Shown: piece by piece, positions 40,262 through 51,043 of the stretch
Numbering within the stretch: the first letter of the stretch is position 1
How the letters are laid out: the number at the start of each line of letters is the position of its first letter
From: Desulfatiglandales bacterium
GTDB lineage: Bacteria; Desulfobacterota; DSM-4660; Desulfatiglandales; Desulfatiglandaceae
Assembly (NCBI GenBank): GCA_963666345.1
Contig: OY762721.1
Span: 3,808,001-3,872,000, forward strand
Length of the DNA: 64,000 nt
Reading direction: 5' to 3'
The notes under the pieces: model-generated
Database searches by the model: none
Seen by the model: the letters and a program-made list of their open reading frames with translations, nothing else
What the model was told of the DNA's origin: nothing
Position numbers and translations under genes: made by a program

Positions 40262-40620
40262 CCCCTCCGGCACCTCCGTTTGTGTGTAAACAAACAGGGG
40301 CTTTCAAGGACGGGCAGGGATGTCCCGGTTTTTCCGTATAACCAGTAACGAATAACTCTGCCGGATCAGGCAGTTACCGCTCCGTCACCGGCACTTTTTC
40401 CCCGGTCTTCTCTATTCCTTACGGAAAAGTAGCCGCATCCCCGGGCTTTTGCAGACGTTACCTTGGCTGATATGGCACCGTGGAACAAAGCCCTGTCTGC
40501 GGCCACTGCTACTTCCTGTGGTATTTTTTTGTGAGATAAGACCGGGGAAAAAATCCCGGCACCTCCGTTTGTACTTTAACAGCCGGTTTTGCAGGAAAAT
40601 GGGCAGGGAATACCTGCCCA
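40262..40620 (+). repeat. Dispersed ~290-bp structured repeat, copy 3 (about 1.2 units)
   Basis: ccggcacctccgtttgt occurs at 40267 and 40556; near-perfect internal inverted repeat at 40390-40413 and 40533-40554. Confidence 0.92.
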
Positions 40621-40635
40621 TTGGAGATATGAGGC

Positions 40636-42645
40636 CTAGGATCGGGAAATCATTGACATGGCCTTTTCTGCGACATTTTCAGCTGTCAGGCCGAACTCCT
40701 TGTAGAGCCTTTTATAAGGGGCGGAGGCCCCGAAGTGGTCGATTCCCACAACTTCGCCCTTTTGTCCGACATAGCGGTGCCATCCCTGAGTCACTCCGGC
40801 TTCAACGGCGATTCGATTTTCCACCTGAGGGGGCAGGACCTCATCCTTGTATGAGTCAGGCTGGGCATCAAAAAGTTCCCATGACGGCATGCTTACGACA
40901 CGGACCGCCACGCCTTTTTCCTCCAGCCTTCCGGAGGCCTCGAGTGCGATTTGTATTTCCGAGCCTGTGGAAAGGATTATCAGCTCCGGTGTCTTTTTAT
41001 CGGCCTGTTTAAGTATGTAGGCGCCTTTTGAAAGGGCCGCCGACGGCCCGAAGACCTGCCGGTCAAGCACGGGAAGGCCCTGACGAGTCAGTGCAAGCGC
41101 GACCGGCCCGTCTGAATGGTTTAAGGCGAAACGCCAGGCCTGAGCGGTTTCATTCGCATCACAAGGCCTTATGACCGTCAGATTGGGTATGGCCCTGAGA
41201 CTGGCGAGCTGTTCCACCGGCTGGTGGGTAGGGCCGTCTTCTCCAAGCCCTATACTGTCATGGGTGAATACATATATCGCCTTGAGTTTCATAAGGGCTG
41301 CGAGTCTTATTGCGGGCCTCATATATTCGGAAAAAATCAGAAACGTCCCCCCGTAAGGTATGATCCCCCCGTGAAGGGACATGCCGTTCATAACCGATCC
41401 CATGCCATGCTCTCTGACGCCGAATCGCAGGTTTCGTCCTGAATAGTCCGGAGCCTGAAAATCTTTTTCGCCATTTATCACAGTCTTGTTTGACGGGGCA
41501 AGGTCTGCGGATCCGCCAAAGAGATTGGGGATGTCTTTTGCAAATGAATTAAGGATTTTGCCGGAGGCGGCCCTTGTGGCAATGCCTTTTTCATCTGCCG
41601 GAAAATCAGGTATGCTTTGTTCCCAATCCTTTGGAAACTCTCCCTTGATCCATCTTTTCCACTGTTCGGCAAGTTCGGGATAGGTCTCTTTATAGCTGTG
41701 AAAAAGAGAGATCCACTCAGTTTCAAGCCCGGTTCCTTTCTCAACGGCCCGGCGGAAATGGGTCTCCGCCTCTTGCGGTATTTCAAACGGCTTTTCAGAG
41801 GGCCAACCCAGTTTCTGTTTGGTGATCCTTAGTTCTTCCTCCCCAAGGGGCTCACCGTGTGCCGAGGGTGTGTCCTGTTTGTTGGGGCTCCCGAAGCCGA
41901 TATGTGTCCTTACCGATATTAACGACGGCCTTGAAGTATCATCCTGAGCCGCAGCTATGGCTTTTTCGATCGCCTGCAGGTCGTTTCCGTCCTCAACCTG
42001 CTGCACATGCCAGCCATATGCCTCAAAACGCGCCAGCCTGTTCTCCGTAAAGGTTATGTGGGTGCTCCCTTCAATGGAGATCTCATTGTCGTCATAGAGA
42101 TAGATGAGTTTGCCAAGTTTCAGGTGGCCCGCAAGAGAGGCCGCCTCGTGAGACACACCCTCCATAAGGTCTCCGTCGCTTACGATCGCATAGGTAAAGT
42201 GGTTTACTATTTCATGGTTTTCCCGGTTAAAGCGGGCCGCAAGAAAACGTTCCGCAATCGCCATGCCCACTCCATTCGCAAAACCCTGACCCAGAGGCCC
42301 TGTGGTTGTTTCAACGCCCGGGGTAACATGGTATTCAGGGTGCCCGGGTGTAAGACTTTTCCACTGCCTGAAATTTTTGAGGTCATCCATGGAAAGTTCG
42401 TATCCGGTAAGATGGAGAAGGCTGTAGAGGAGCATGGATCCGTGGCCTGCTGAAAGGACGAAGCGATCCCTGTCGGGCCAGGCGGGGTTTTTGGGATTGT
42501 GTCGAAGAAACCTTGTCCAGAGGACATATGCCATGGGCGCGGCACCCATGGGCATTCCCGGATGACCCGATTTTGCGTTTTCAACGCCTTCTGCTGAAAG
42601 GATTCTTAATGTATTGACAGAAAGCTCATCCATATTCTTTTCCAT
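40636..42645 (-). CDS. tkt: Transketolase
   Basis: [37 protein letters not shown]. Confidence 0.98.
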   Translation of the reverse strand: MEKNMDELSVNTLRILSAEGVENAKSGHPGMPMGAAPMAYVLWTRFLRHNPKNPAWPDRDRFVLSAGHGSMLLYSLLHLTGYELSMDDLKNFRQWKSLTPGHPEYHVTPGVETTTGPLGQGFANGVGMAIAERFLAARFNRENHEIVNHFTYAIVSDGDLMEGVSHEAASLAGHLKLGKLIYLYDDNEISIEGSTHITFTENRLARFEAYGWHVQQVEDGNDLQAIEKAIAAAQDDTSRPSLISVRTHIGFGSPNKQDTPSAHGEPLGEEELRITKQKLGWPSEKPFEIPQEAETHFRRAVEKGTGLETEWISLFHSYKETYPELAEQWKRWIKGEFPKDWEQSIPDFPADEKGIATRAASGKILNSFAKDIPNLFGGSADLAPSNKTVINGEKDFQAPDYSGRNLRFGVREHGMGSVMNGMSLHGGIIPYGGTFLIFSEYMRPAIRLAALMKLKAIYVFTHDSIGLGEDGPTHQPVEQLASLRAIPNLTVIRPCDANETAQAWRFALNHSDGPVALALTRQGLPVLDRQVFGPSAALSKGAYILKQADKKTPELIILSTGSEIQIALEASGRLEEKGVAVRVVSMPSWELFDAQPDSYKDEVLPPQVENRIAVEAGVTQGWHRYVGQKGEVVGIDHFGASAPYKRLYKEFGLTAENVAEKAMSMISRS

Positions 42646-42684
42646 AATTGTGTCTATTGCTCCTTTTAAAGATTTTAGGGGTTA

Positions 42685-43398
42685 TCATTCATTATCCATA
42701 ATTTTGTTTCCCCTCCCTTTTTTGATCAGAAGGGGTATTAAAAGTGAAAAAGCCAGGATAGTCAGGGAGATGAAAAATTCCGTAGTAAAGAGCTCTCCCC
42801 ACTTTCCATTTGCCCATACCTGTTTAAGCGTTCCTCCAAGGATGGAAAATACCAGAAGACCCGCAAGCATCCCTGTGCCTGTTCCTGCAAGAAAATCTCT
42901 GTAGCGCACATTGGTCAGACCGAGGGCGAAATTAAGAGGCGTAAAAGGGACATTAAACAGGCGCAGATAGAATACAGCCAAAAACCCGTTGCGTCCAATA
43001 GGCGCTTCATATTTTTTGAACCTTTTCCACAGGATTGAGTGAAAAAACTCCGTGCCGAGCGATCTGGAAAGAAAAAAGGCGCCGCTGGCGCCTGCAAGAC
43101 AACCAACCCATGAATATACAAAACCCCAGGAAGTCCCGAATATAACCCCTCCGGCAAGGACCATAAGACTTGCCGGCAGGAACAGGCATATGGTTATTCC
43201 ATGTAATACCATAAATATGAACGGTGCCCACAAGCCGGAGCCCTCAAGCAGCCGGCCGAGGTATTCAGGAGTAAGAAGCTCACTGAAATGGGTGAAACCA
43301 AAAATGTAGAGGCCGATGCACGCTATGGCACCCAACATCAGGAACTTCAGAAATCCGGACCTTGAGATCTTTTCCAACGGCTGAGATGGTTTTTTCAT
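42685..43398 (-). CDS. TVP38/TMEM64 (DedA superfamily) membrane protein
   Basis: LP..AGG.IFG..G pattern, LRLFNVPF, NFALGLT. Confidence 0.85.
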   Translation of the reverse strand: MKKPSQPLEKISRSGFLKFLMLGAIACIGLYIFGFTHFSELLTPEYLGRLLEGSGLWAPFIFMVLHGITICLFLPASLMVLAGGVIFGTSWGFVYSWVGCLAGASGAFFLSRSLGTEFFHSILWKRFKKYEAPIGRNGFLAVFYLRLFNVPFTPLNFALGLTNVRYRDFLAGTGTGMLAGLLVFSILGGTLKQVWANGKWGELFTTEFFISLTILAFSLLIPLLIKKGRGNKIMDNE

Positions 43399-43736
43399 CT
43401 TAAGTAATTCTTTTCAGCGGGAAGGGGTTTTGAAAAATTTAGATATCATTATCAGGTTTTTACAGACTAATCAATCGTATGATGGAACATATGACAACCA
43501 ATGACCTTTCCGCAGCATTTTGGACGGTAATTTTGTTTGAACGGATCATCCGGCCCTTTTGGCCGGAAGTCGGATAGGACATAATGCATTAGATAAAATT
43601 GTTTTTTATTAATCGTTCATGTTAATATCAGGCCTGATAACTTATATGAAAAGATGTGTTTAGGTGTCCTGCGGACCTTTTACGAAGCCGTCAACATCGG
43701 GTTACGCTGATCTGATACTGTTTACACCAGGGAGAA

Positions 43737-44570
43737 ATGGATATGGACGTCATTGATAGAATGAACGATTTTCTGGACATCCTGGGCCTTTCCGAGGAAC
43801 CTATGGGAATTTATTATACCGATGAGATGCCCAATGGAGGCTTTTCCCCCAAAGCCCTTGATCTTCCCACCAGAGAGAAAGAACTCGGAAACGAGATCGA
43901 CTGGCAGACGATTTTTTCAAACTTCTCCTGTGTGATAGGCAATATCTGGCGCGCCAGAAGGAAAAAGAGCGCCGCGGTCTTTGATAAGGAACGTTTCGGT
44001 TGTCCCGGGGGGGCCTTTTTCCTCGGATTTATGAAGCCTCAGACCGAGACGATCATCCATTACGTTTCAAGCGGCATACCGGGGCATATGGATGGTGAGT
44101 TATACTGCGAGTCACCCGATGAACTTAGAAAGATCTTCGAATATATCGATCCCGGACCAGCGCCCGCCGACTACTGTGTTGTTAAGCCGCTAAGCCTTTT
44201 TGAGGGTAGTGAAATGCCTGAGGTAGTGGCCTTCTTTGTCCGTCCCGAAAGTTTATGCGGGCTCCATCAGCTCGCCGCGTTTGTCACTAATGATCCCGAA
44301 GTGGTGGTATCCCCATGGGGTGCCGCCTGCACCAATCTGATCACCTGGCCTCTGAAATATATTCAGTCAGGTGAGAACAAGGCGGTCCTGGGTGGTTGGG
44401 ACCCGTCTGCAAGAAAATTTTTTAAGACTGATGAGCTAAGCTTCTCGGTGCCTTACGGTATGTTTCTGGAAATGCTTGAGAGGTTTGAGGGCTCTTTTCT
44501 TACAACTCCGACGTGGGCTGTTGTGAGAAAAAAAATACTCAGAAGTAAAAAGGTATGGGGGGAGTCGTAG
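43737..44570 (+). CDS. DUF169 domain protein
   Basis: SCVIG, CPGGAFFLG, PWGAAC, GGWDPSAR. Confidence 0.8.
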   Translation: MDMDVIDRMNDFLDILGLSEEPMGIYYTDEMPNGGFSPKALDLPTREKELGNEIDWQTIFSNFSCVIGNIWRARRKKSAAVFDKERFGCPGGAFFLGFMKPQTETIIHYVSSGIPGHMDGELYCESPDELRKIFEYIDPGPAPADYCVVKPLSLFEGSEMPEVVAFFVRPESLCGLHQLAAFVTNDPEVVVSPWGAACTNLITWPLKYIQSGENKAVLGGWDPSARKFFKTDELSFSVPYGMFLEMLERFEGSFLTTPTWAVVRKKILRSKKVWGES

Positions 44571-44576
44571 GCGGTT

Positions 44577-47030
44577 TCAGCCTGTCTTTGTTCTGCCTAA
44601 AAGAAGGCTGTTAACCACGACTGTAATACTGCTCATGGCCATGGCAACGGCCGCCATGATGGGATGGAGCTGCCTGAGAAAATCCGGGGCAAGGTCAAAG
44701 GGATAAAGTATTCCTGCTGCAACCGGTATCAGAATGATATTATAGCAGAATGCCCAGAAAAGATTCTGCTTCACCTTTTTCATGGTTGCCCTGCTGAGGG
44801 AAATGGCCTTGGGGATGCCTGACAGGCTTCCGCTTACAAGTACTACCTCTCCCGCCTCGATAGCGATATCGGTACCGGTTCCTATGGCCATGCCTACGTC
44901 GGCCTGGGCAAGGGCAGGGGCGTCGTTTATACCGTCTCCGACCATCCCGACCTTTTCCCCTTTTTGCTGAAGCTCTTTTATCTTCCCGACCTTTTCTTCA
45001 GGTTTTACCCCGGCGATAACATTATCTATCTCTATTTGGGAGGCGATCGAATCGGCGGTCTGCTTGTTGTCACCGGTCAGCATAACCAGCTTGAGGCCGA
45101 ATCCATGGAGCGCCTTCAGGGCATCCTTTGAGTCCGGCTTGGTCTTGTCCGAGAGGCCTATTAATCCCGCCTTTTCACCATTTATGACAAGGAGAACGAC
45201 TGTCTTCCCCTCCTTTTGAAGGGAATCTATGTTCCCTTTTATCCGCTCTTCATCCGTGCCCCTGCCTTTAAACCACTCAGGCCTTCCCAGTTCGACTTCA
45301 AGGCCTTGAATCCTTGCGTGAACCCCGAATCCGCTTGTGGCCTTAAAGTCTTGAGACTCCAAAAGGGGTATTCCTCTTTTTTCAGCCTCTCTGAATATGG
45401 CTCGTCCCAGGGGATGCTCTGAACCTGATTCGGCGGATGCTGCAATACTCAGTATCTTTTTGTCATCTGCCGATTTCGGATCAAGGACGATTATGTCGGT
45501 AAGCTCCGGGCGGCCGAGGGTAATTGTCCCGGTCTTGTCAAGGACAATGGTTTGAAGGCCGGCTGTATTTTCAAGCGCCTCACTGTTTTTAAACAGTATG
45601 CCCTTTTGAGCGCCTCTTCCCGTTCCGGCCATTATGGCTGTGGGCGTCGCAAGTCCGAGCGCGCAGGGGCACGCTATTACCAGGACCGCCACGAATCGTA
45701 TCATGGAGGATACAAAATCACCACCAAGTGAAAACCATATGAAAAAAGTCACTGCGGCTATAAGTATGACCCCCGGGACGAATACCGCGGCAACCCTGTC
45801 GGCAAGGGCCTGAATAGGGGGTTTGCTTCCCTGGGCCTGCTGGACCAGTTTTATTATACGAGCGAGCGCCGTGTCTTTTCCAACCTTTGTGGCCTCAAAC
45901 CTGAGCATGCCCTCGCCGTTTATGGTCCCTCCTGTAATTTCGTCTCCAGGCCCTTTCTCGGACGGTACCGGTTCTCCGGTGAGCATGGATTCATCAACGC
46001 TTGACACCCCTTTTATAACCACTCCGTCCACAGGGATGCTTTCTCCCGGTCTTACAATGATGGTATCCCCCACGTTAATCGCCGAAAGAGGGACCTCCTC
46101 TTCTCTGCCGTCCCGAAGGACACCGGCTGTCTTGGGCCGCAGTTCCATAAGGTTACGGATGGCCTGCCCGGTCCTTGCCTTTGTTCGCGATTCGAGAAGT
46201 TTTCCCAGCTTTATCAGTGTGATTATGAGCGCTGATGTCTCAAAGTAGACATGATGTCCAAGGGAAGGGAACAACAGGAGACTCAAAGAATAGCCGTAGG
46301 CAACCGATGAACCCATTGCCACCAGCAGATCCATATTTGCACTCATGTTTCTTAGACTCTTTATCCCTCCGGTATAAAAGTCCCAGCCGGTGTAAAACTG
46401 AACAGGGGTCGCAAGTGCAAGAAAAAACCAGTTTACCCATACGGCATGGCTCCAGGGTCCCAGGAGCCCGAAATCCCTTCCCATGCTAAGTACAAACAGG
46501 GGGGCTGCAAAGACGACTCCGATCATAAACTTACGAAGATGATTCCTGATCTCCGCATTCCTTGCAGCAAGCTCCGCGTCTTCACCCTGGGAAAGGATCT
46601 CGGGGGCAATGACTCCGTAGCCCGCTTTTTCGATGGCCCCGGTTATCTCCTCCGGGCTTACAAGTGAAGGTATATATTCCACAAAAGCCCTTTCCGCGGA
46701 AAGGTTCACTGAGGCCTTCAAGACGCCCTTGACCTTGTTGCTCAAAATTCTTTCAATAGCCATGGCACAGTTTGCACAGGTCATTCCCGTGACAGGTATT
46801 TCGATCGTGGAAGAGACAACCCCGTAACCGGCGGCCTTTACGGCGGTAACGATCCGGTCGATATCGGAGATATCCCTGTCAAATATCACGCTTGCCTTTT
46901 CCGAGGCAAAATTGACTTTCACCTCTTTAACACTATCGAGCTTTTTGATTGCCCTTTCTATGTTGCCGGCGCAATCGGCACAGGTCATTCCAGTGACGGA
47001 CAGGCTTATGTTTTCAGCTTTGTCAGACAA
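44577..47030 (-). CDS. copA: Copper-exporting P1B-type ATPase
   Basis: Two GMTCxxC HMA domains, TGEP, CPC, DKTGT, SEHP, GDGIND, YN, MAMSS. Confidence 0.95.
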   Translation of the reverse strand: MSDKAENISLSVTGMTCADCAGNIERAIKKLDSVKEVKVNFASEKASVIFDRDISDIDRIVTAVKAAGYGVVSSTIEIPVTGMTCANCAMAIERILSNKVKGVLKASVNLSAERAFVEYIPSLVSPEEITGAIEKAGYGVIAPEILSQGEDAELAARNAEIRNHLRKFMIGVVFAAPLFVLSMGRDFGLLGPWSHAVWVNWFFLALATPVQFYTGWDFYTGGIKSLRNMSANMDLLVAMGSSVAYGYSLSLLLFPSLGHHVYFETSALIITLIKLGKLLESRTKARTGQAIRNLMELRPKTAGVLRDGREEEVPLSAINVGDTIIVRPGESIPVDGVVIKGVSSVDESMLTGEPVPSEKGPGDEITGGTINGEGMLRFEATKVGKDTALARIIKLVQQAQGSKPPIQALADRVAAVFVPGVILIAAVTFFIWFSLGGDFVSSMIRFVAVLVIACPCALGLATPTAIMAGTGRGAQKGILFKNSEALENTAGLQTIVLDKTGTITLGRPELTDIIVLDPKSADDKKILSIAASAESGSEHPLGRAIFREAEKRGIPLLESQDFKATSGFGVHARIQGLEVELGRPEWFKGRGTDEERIKGNIDSLQKEGKTVVLLVINGEKAGLIGLSDKTKPDSKDALKALHGFGLKLVMLTGDNKQTADSIASQIEIDNVIAGVKPEEKVGKIKELQQKGEKVGMVGDGINDAPALAQADVGMAIGTGTDIAIEAGEVVLVSGSLSGIPKAISLSRATMKKVKQNLFWAFCYNIILIPVAAGILYPFDLAPDFLRQLHPIMAAVAMAMSSITVVVNSLLLGRTKTG

Positions 47031-47035
47031 TATGA

Positions 47036-47248
47036 TTATTTCCCCACAGAGTCCGGGTATCCTATCTGTTCCAGGGTATTCCTGATAATTTCAGGAGTGG
47101 CAGGATCGTCATATCGCACGATGATTTCTTTAGTGTCCGTGTCACCGCTGACCTCTTTTACACCTGGCAATTCAGAAAGTTCCCTCTGAATGGTCATTAC
47201 GCAGTGGCCGCATGTAATACCGGGTATAAGGAACCGGGTCTTGTCCAT
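47036..47248 (-). CDS. copZ: Copper chaperone (HMA domain)
   Basis: ITCGHC, C-terminal GY; directly upstream of copA. Confidence 0.9.
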   Translation of the reverse strand: MDKTRFLIPGITCGHCVMTIQRELSELPGVKEVSGDTDTKEIIVRYDDPATPEIIRNTLEQIGYPDSVGK

Positions 47249-47744
47249 TTTTCATTCTCCTTTCAGATGTTTCCCCTTAAGGAAGGACAAAAATGAGAGT
47301 TAATAAACCGTTTTTCATAAATTAAACATGAAAAAGGTTTAATCAATGTAAAGATAGCAAGCAGGCACCTCTGCTTTTATTGAATCGGATTGTTTATGCG
47401 TTGAATGGGAAGATTTTGATTAGTGCCATAAGACAGCAATTGATTGAGATCGGGAAAAGAAAGGTCGTTGCGGGAGGAGAAGGGGGGCTGGTCCCACAAT
47501 ACTTATAAGAAATAAGGCTAAGTATGAGATTTGCAGGCGAGGTCCTAATCCGGGCTTATAAAAGGTAGCAAAAAAATCCATTTGTCAGCTAGGGAGTAGC
47601 GGTTTGTGCATTGACTTTTATTACAGCGCTCGCAAACTGTAATATTTGAGGAACCTGCCCCCGGTCTCAATGGAAATAAAACAGAAGGGATGCTAAGAGT
47701 CAATACCTAATAAATGCCTGTATTATAGGTAAATAATCCAGGTT

Positions 47745-49106
47745 TTATTTCATTGAAAGAAGGTAGGATCTCAGGTTTATCGATTTTTTCTTTATACCCA
47801 GTTTGTTTCTTATGCCGTTTCGGTGAAATTCTATTGTCCTGGCGGACAGACTCATTACCTCTGCTATACGTTTTGTGGGCATCCCCTGCCTCACCAGGTT
47901 TGCCACGGTGATTTCAGTGGGGGTGAGTGTTTCGTATCTCTGAGAGATGGTTCTCAAAAAGGGCGATACAACCTCCTTGAGGTTTGATTCAATTATCTCC
48001 AGGTATGTATCCCGGGTCTCCGTAACATCGGTTTCCCTCAATTTCGCAACAAACGGCTCTATTAATTCCTGAATATTTGTGAGCACGTTTCTTTCAATTA
48101 CCTCCCTGTCTTTTTGCCTTTTGCGCAGGAGCACCTCAAGGGCGATATTTGCCTGTTCCAGTCTTTTGTTCTTTTTTTTGAGTTCCCTTTCCTTGTCCCT
48201 GATGGTTTTTTCCATCAGTTTTTTTTCCGTGATGTCTTCTCCGTATACGGCCACCTGCAGTACCGTGCCTTTTTCATCAGATATGGGAAACCCTCTCAGG
48301 TTATAGATCCTGCCAAGGGTCCCTTCGTCTTCCACCTCAAGACGGGTCCTTTTCCTGACAAGCTGCTTCAGCAGGGCCATGCGTTTTTTGGCTATCGGTT
48401 CAGGGGCGATTTCAAGTATGTTTTTGCCTTCGATTTTTTCTATTTCAAGACCCAGCAAATCGGCAACTTTCTGGTTCGCAGATATAATATTCCCCTCAGT
48501 ATCAAAGAGAAACACCAAATCGGGCGGGGCATTCAGGAGGGCTCGAAGCGCCTTATTCTGATTTTCCATTTTTCCGTGGGCCTTTTCAAGCGCCTTTTCG
48601 GTCATCTTTCGTTTGGTAATGTCCCTGGTGAATTCTGAAAAGCCCTCGATTTTTCCTTCGCTTAAAACCGGATTAAACGAGACCTCGAAATATCTTTTCT
48701 TCCCGTCTTCATCGGAATGGACATAGGTCGCGGAAACTTTTTCCCCTTTTAATACCCTTTTGTGAAGACCTTCCCACCAGGATCGCTCCTTTTCCGGCAG
48801 GAATGTGTGGGGCTGCAAACCCGGTTCCATCTTTATTCCGAGCAGGTCTTCCATGATGCGGGCGTAATTTTGGTTGAAATAGACGGGTTTTGCGTTCCTG
48901 TCACTGAAAAGTATGTAATCATCGATATTTTCAAGGAGGGCATAAAGGCTGTGTGCAAATATCCTCGGCTCGCAGGACGGATCCTGACAATCTATGTCTC
49001 TTAATCTTTTGAGAAAGGCGTTATCGGTTTCAGATAAAGTGGCGTCTGTTTTTTCTGCTATATCGGAATCTGGAAGAATTGAGGGAGCAAGATCATTTTC
49101 CGGCAT
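47745..49106 (-). CDS. PAS-PAS-LuxR transcriptional regulator
   Basis: Two PAS/PAC domains (RDIT, EDIT) and C-terminal LTPTE...TIEFHRNGIRNKLG HTH. Confidence 0.9.
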   Translation of the reverse strand: MPENDLAPSILPDSDIAEKTDATLSETDNAFLKRLRDIDCQDPSCEPRIFAHSLYALLENIDDYILFSDRNAKPVYFNQNYARIMEDLLGIKMEPGLQPHTFLPEKERSWWEGLHKRVLKGEKVSATYVHSDEDGKKRYFEVSFNPVLSEGKIEGFSEFTRDITKRKMTEKALEKAHGKMENQNKALRALLNAPPDLVFLFDTEGNIISANQKVADLLGLEIEKIEGKNILEIAPEPIAKKRMALLKQLVRKRTRLEVEDEGTLGRIYNLRGFPISDEKGTVLQVAVYGEDITEKKLMEKTIRDKERELKKKNKRLEQANIALEVLLRKRQKDREVIERNVLTNIQELIEPFVAKLRETDVTETRDTYLEIIESNLKEVVSPFLRTISQRYETLTPTEITVANLVRQGMPTKRIAEVMSLSARTIEFHRNGIRNKLGIKKKSINLRSYLLSMK

Positions 49107-49189
49107 GACCGTTACCTCTTTCAAAGTGAGGAGCAGATTTCGTAATTATTCTATTTGAAGAAATTAAGCTTGTAAAGAATCATGCAAAG

Positions 49190-49236
49190 AAAAGGGAGAA
49201 AAGCGCCCCGCTCAATTGAAACATAGAGCGGGGCGC
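49190..49236 (-). terminator. Terminator after the oxidoreductase/ACT operon
   Basis: gcgccccgctc...gagcggggcgc with a T-rich tail on the minus strand. Confidence 0.7.
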
Positions 49237-49266
49237 AGGTCTTTTTAAAAGGGCATTGATTAGAGG

Positions 49267-49695
49267 TCACATCCTGTAGAGTTCTTCTCCCAGAACCCTT
49301 ATCCAGTTTTCTTCCATGATCTTGATCGCTTCTCCACTGGGGCCGGTACCCAGTACCAGGACGGTTATGTCGCCTGTTCCTATGCAGGGATATATGTAAT
49401 CGACGTTTATCCCCGCCTTTTTCAGCGGTTTCAGGATTGCGTTCATGCCCCCGGGGTGATGTGGCGTTTCGCAGGCCAGGACTTCATTTACTGTCAGGCC
49501 GTATCCTGCCGTTTTAAGGACGTTCGCGGCCTTATCAGGGTCGTTAGCTATAAAATGAAGCATGCCCTTGTCAGCCTCGGTTACAACGTAAAATGCTATT
49601 ATATTAATGCCGTTGCTGCCAAGCAGTTCACTGACCGCCGAGAGGGTCCCCGGTTTGTTTTCAAGTAACAGATCTATCTGTTTGACTGTTTTCAT
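49267..49695 (-). CDS. ACT domain protein (two ACT repeats)
   Basis: LENKPGTL, GINI, HPGGM, GINVDYIY. Confidence 0.9.
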   Translation of the reverse strand: MKTVKQIDLLLENKPGTLSAVSELLGSNGINIIAFYVVTEADKGMLHFIANDPDKAANVLKTAGYGLTVNEVLACETPHHPGGMNAILKPLKKAGINVDYIYPCIGTGDITVLVLGTGPSGEAIKIMEENWIRVLGEELYRM

Positions 49696-50243
49696 TTCTT
49701 TACTCCCTTCAAGACATATTCCGCTCCCCTGTCAAGGGCCTTTCGGTTGAGCTCCATAACAGAGGCCTTTTTACCTTTAACTTTTTCTTCGAGTCCAAGC
49801 ATTACCGATTCCAGAGAGGTTATTCCCGTCTTTGTTACAAAGGCCCCTACCATTATCATGTTTATTGTCCTGGCACTGCCCAGTTCCTTGGCAATTTCAT
49901 TGGCGGGAATCTTGATCGTTTCCACATCATCCCTGGACGGGTCAACATCGATAAGGCTTGAGTTGAGTATGAACACTCCTCCTGATTTTACGGATGCCTC
50001 ATATTTTACAAGAGATGGCCGATTCATTATGACCGCATAGTCCGGGGATGAGGCTACCGGGGAAAATATCTCTTCATCAGATACCACAACAGTGCAGTTG
50101 GCGGTTCCTCCACGTACTTCCGCACCATAGGACGGCAGGTACGTTACGTTTTTTCCGTCCTTCATAGCCGCAACCGCCGTAACATAACCCATCATGAGGA
50201 CTCCCTGCCCCCCAAAACCTGCAAAGACTGTTTTTTTGCTCAT
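49692..50243 (-). CDS. 2-oxoacid:ferredoxin oxidoreductase gamma subunit
   Basis: AGFGGQG, PSYGAEVRGG. Confidence 0.93.
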   Translation of the reverse strand: MSKKTVFAGFGGQGVLMMGYVTAVAAMKDGKNVTYLPSYGAEVRGGTANCTVVVSDEEIFSPVASSPDYAVIMNRPSLVKYEASVKSGGVFILNSSLIDVDPSRDDVETIKIPANEIAKELGSARTINMIMVGAFVTKTGITSLESVMLGLEEKVKGKKASVMELNRKALDRGAEYVLKGVKK

Positions 50244-50287
50244 CGTGATCAATCCTGTATCTTGTAGATTAATAAATCCGATAGACC

Positions 50288-51040
50288 CTATGAGAGCTTT
50301 CCCACCTCGTCTTTTATCACCTTGAGGGGAAAGACCTTTGTCATTTTATCTTCTATCCTTTTCGCCGCATCCAAAGGTGACATCTTCCAGTTGGTGGGGC
50401 AGGGGGATAGGATCTCCACCAGGGAAAAACCCAGCCCGGCCATCTGAACCTTGAATGCCTTGGTAAGTGCCCTCTTTGTGCGTATGATGTTTTTGGGAAA
50501 ATCTACTGCGGTGCGCTCTATATAAACGCTTCCCCTCGCAATGGCCAGCATCTGGCTCAGATCTATGGGCGTGCCGTCTCTTTCACGGTCTCTTCCGCCC
50601 GGTGTGGTAGTGGAATTCTGTCCCAGAAGAGTAGTGGGAGCCATCTGACCACCTGTCATGCCGTAAACACCATTGTTGACAAATATGACGGTGATGTTTT
50701 CTCCCCTGTTTGCCGCATGGATTGTCTCCGCAGTACCAATGGCGGCAATATCGCCATCTCCCTGATAGGTAAAGACGACCCTGTCAGGCAGGGTCCTCTT
50801 GATTCCGGTTGCAACCGCGGCGCCTCTTCCGTGGGGCGCTTCACCCATATCCACGTCAAGGTAATTGTAGGCCAGAACCGCACATCCTGCCGGAGGGACC
50901 CCTATGGTCCTGTCGCCGATTTCCAGCTCCTCTATCACCTCCGCCACCAGGCGATGAATGATACTGTGCCCGCAGCCTGGACAGTAATGAAAAACCGCTT
51001 CTTTGAGGTACCTGGGTCTCTTGAAAACCTGTTTTGCCAT
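50288..51040 (-). CDS. 2-oxoacid:ferredoxin oxidoreductase beta (TPP-binding) subunit
   Basis: YCPGCGH, QGDGD...NN, YGMTGGQ, SPCPT. Confidence 0.93.
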   Translation of the reverse strand: MAKQVFKRPRYLKEAVFHYCPGCGHSIIHRLVAEVIEELEIGDRTIGVPPAGCAVLAYNYLDVDMGEAPHGRGAAVATGIKRTLPDRVVFTYQGDGDIAAIGTAETIHAANRGENITVIFVNNGVYGMTGGQMAPTTLLGQNSTTTPGGRDRERDGTPIDLSQMLAIARGSVYIERTAVDFPKNIIRTKRALTKAFKVQMAGLGFSLVEILSPCPTNWKMSPLDAAKRIEDKMTKVFPLKVIKDEVGKLS

Positions 51041-51043
51041 TGA

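Noticed and set aside
47249..47744. Possible ncRNA or metal-regulator operator upstream of copZ
   Set aside because: No recognisable CsoR/CueR palindrome or RNA family by eye.
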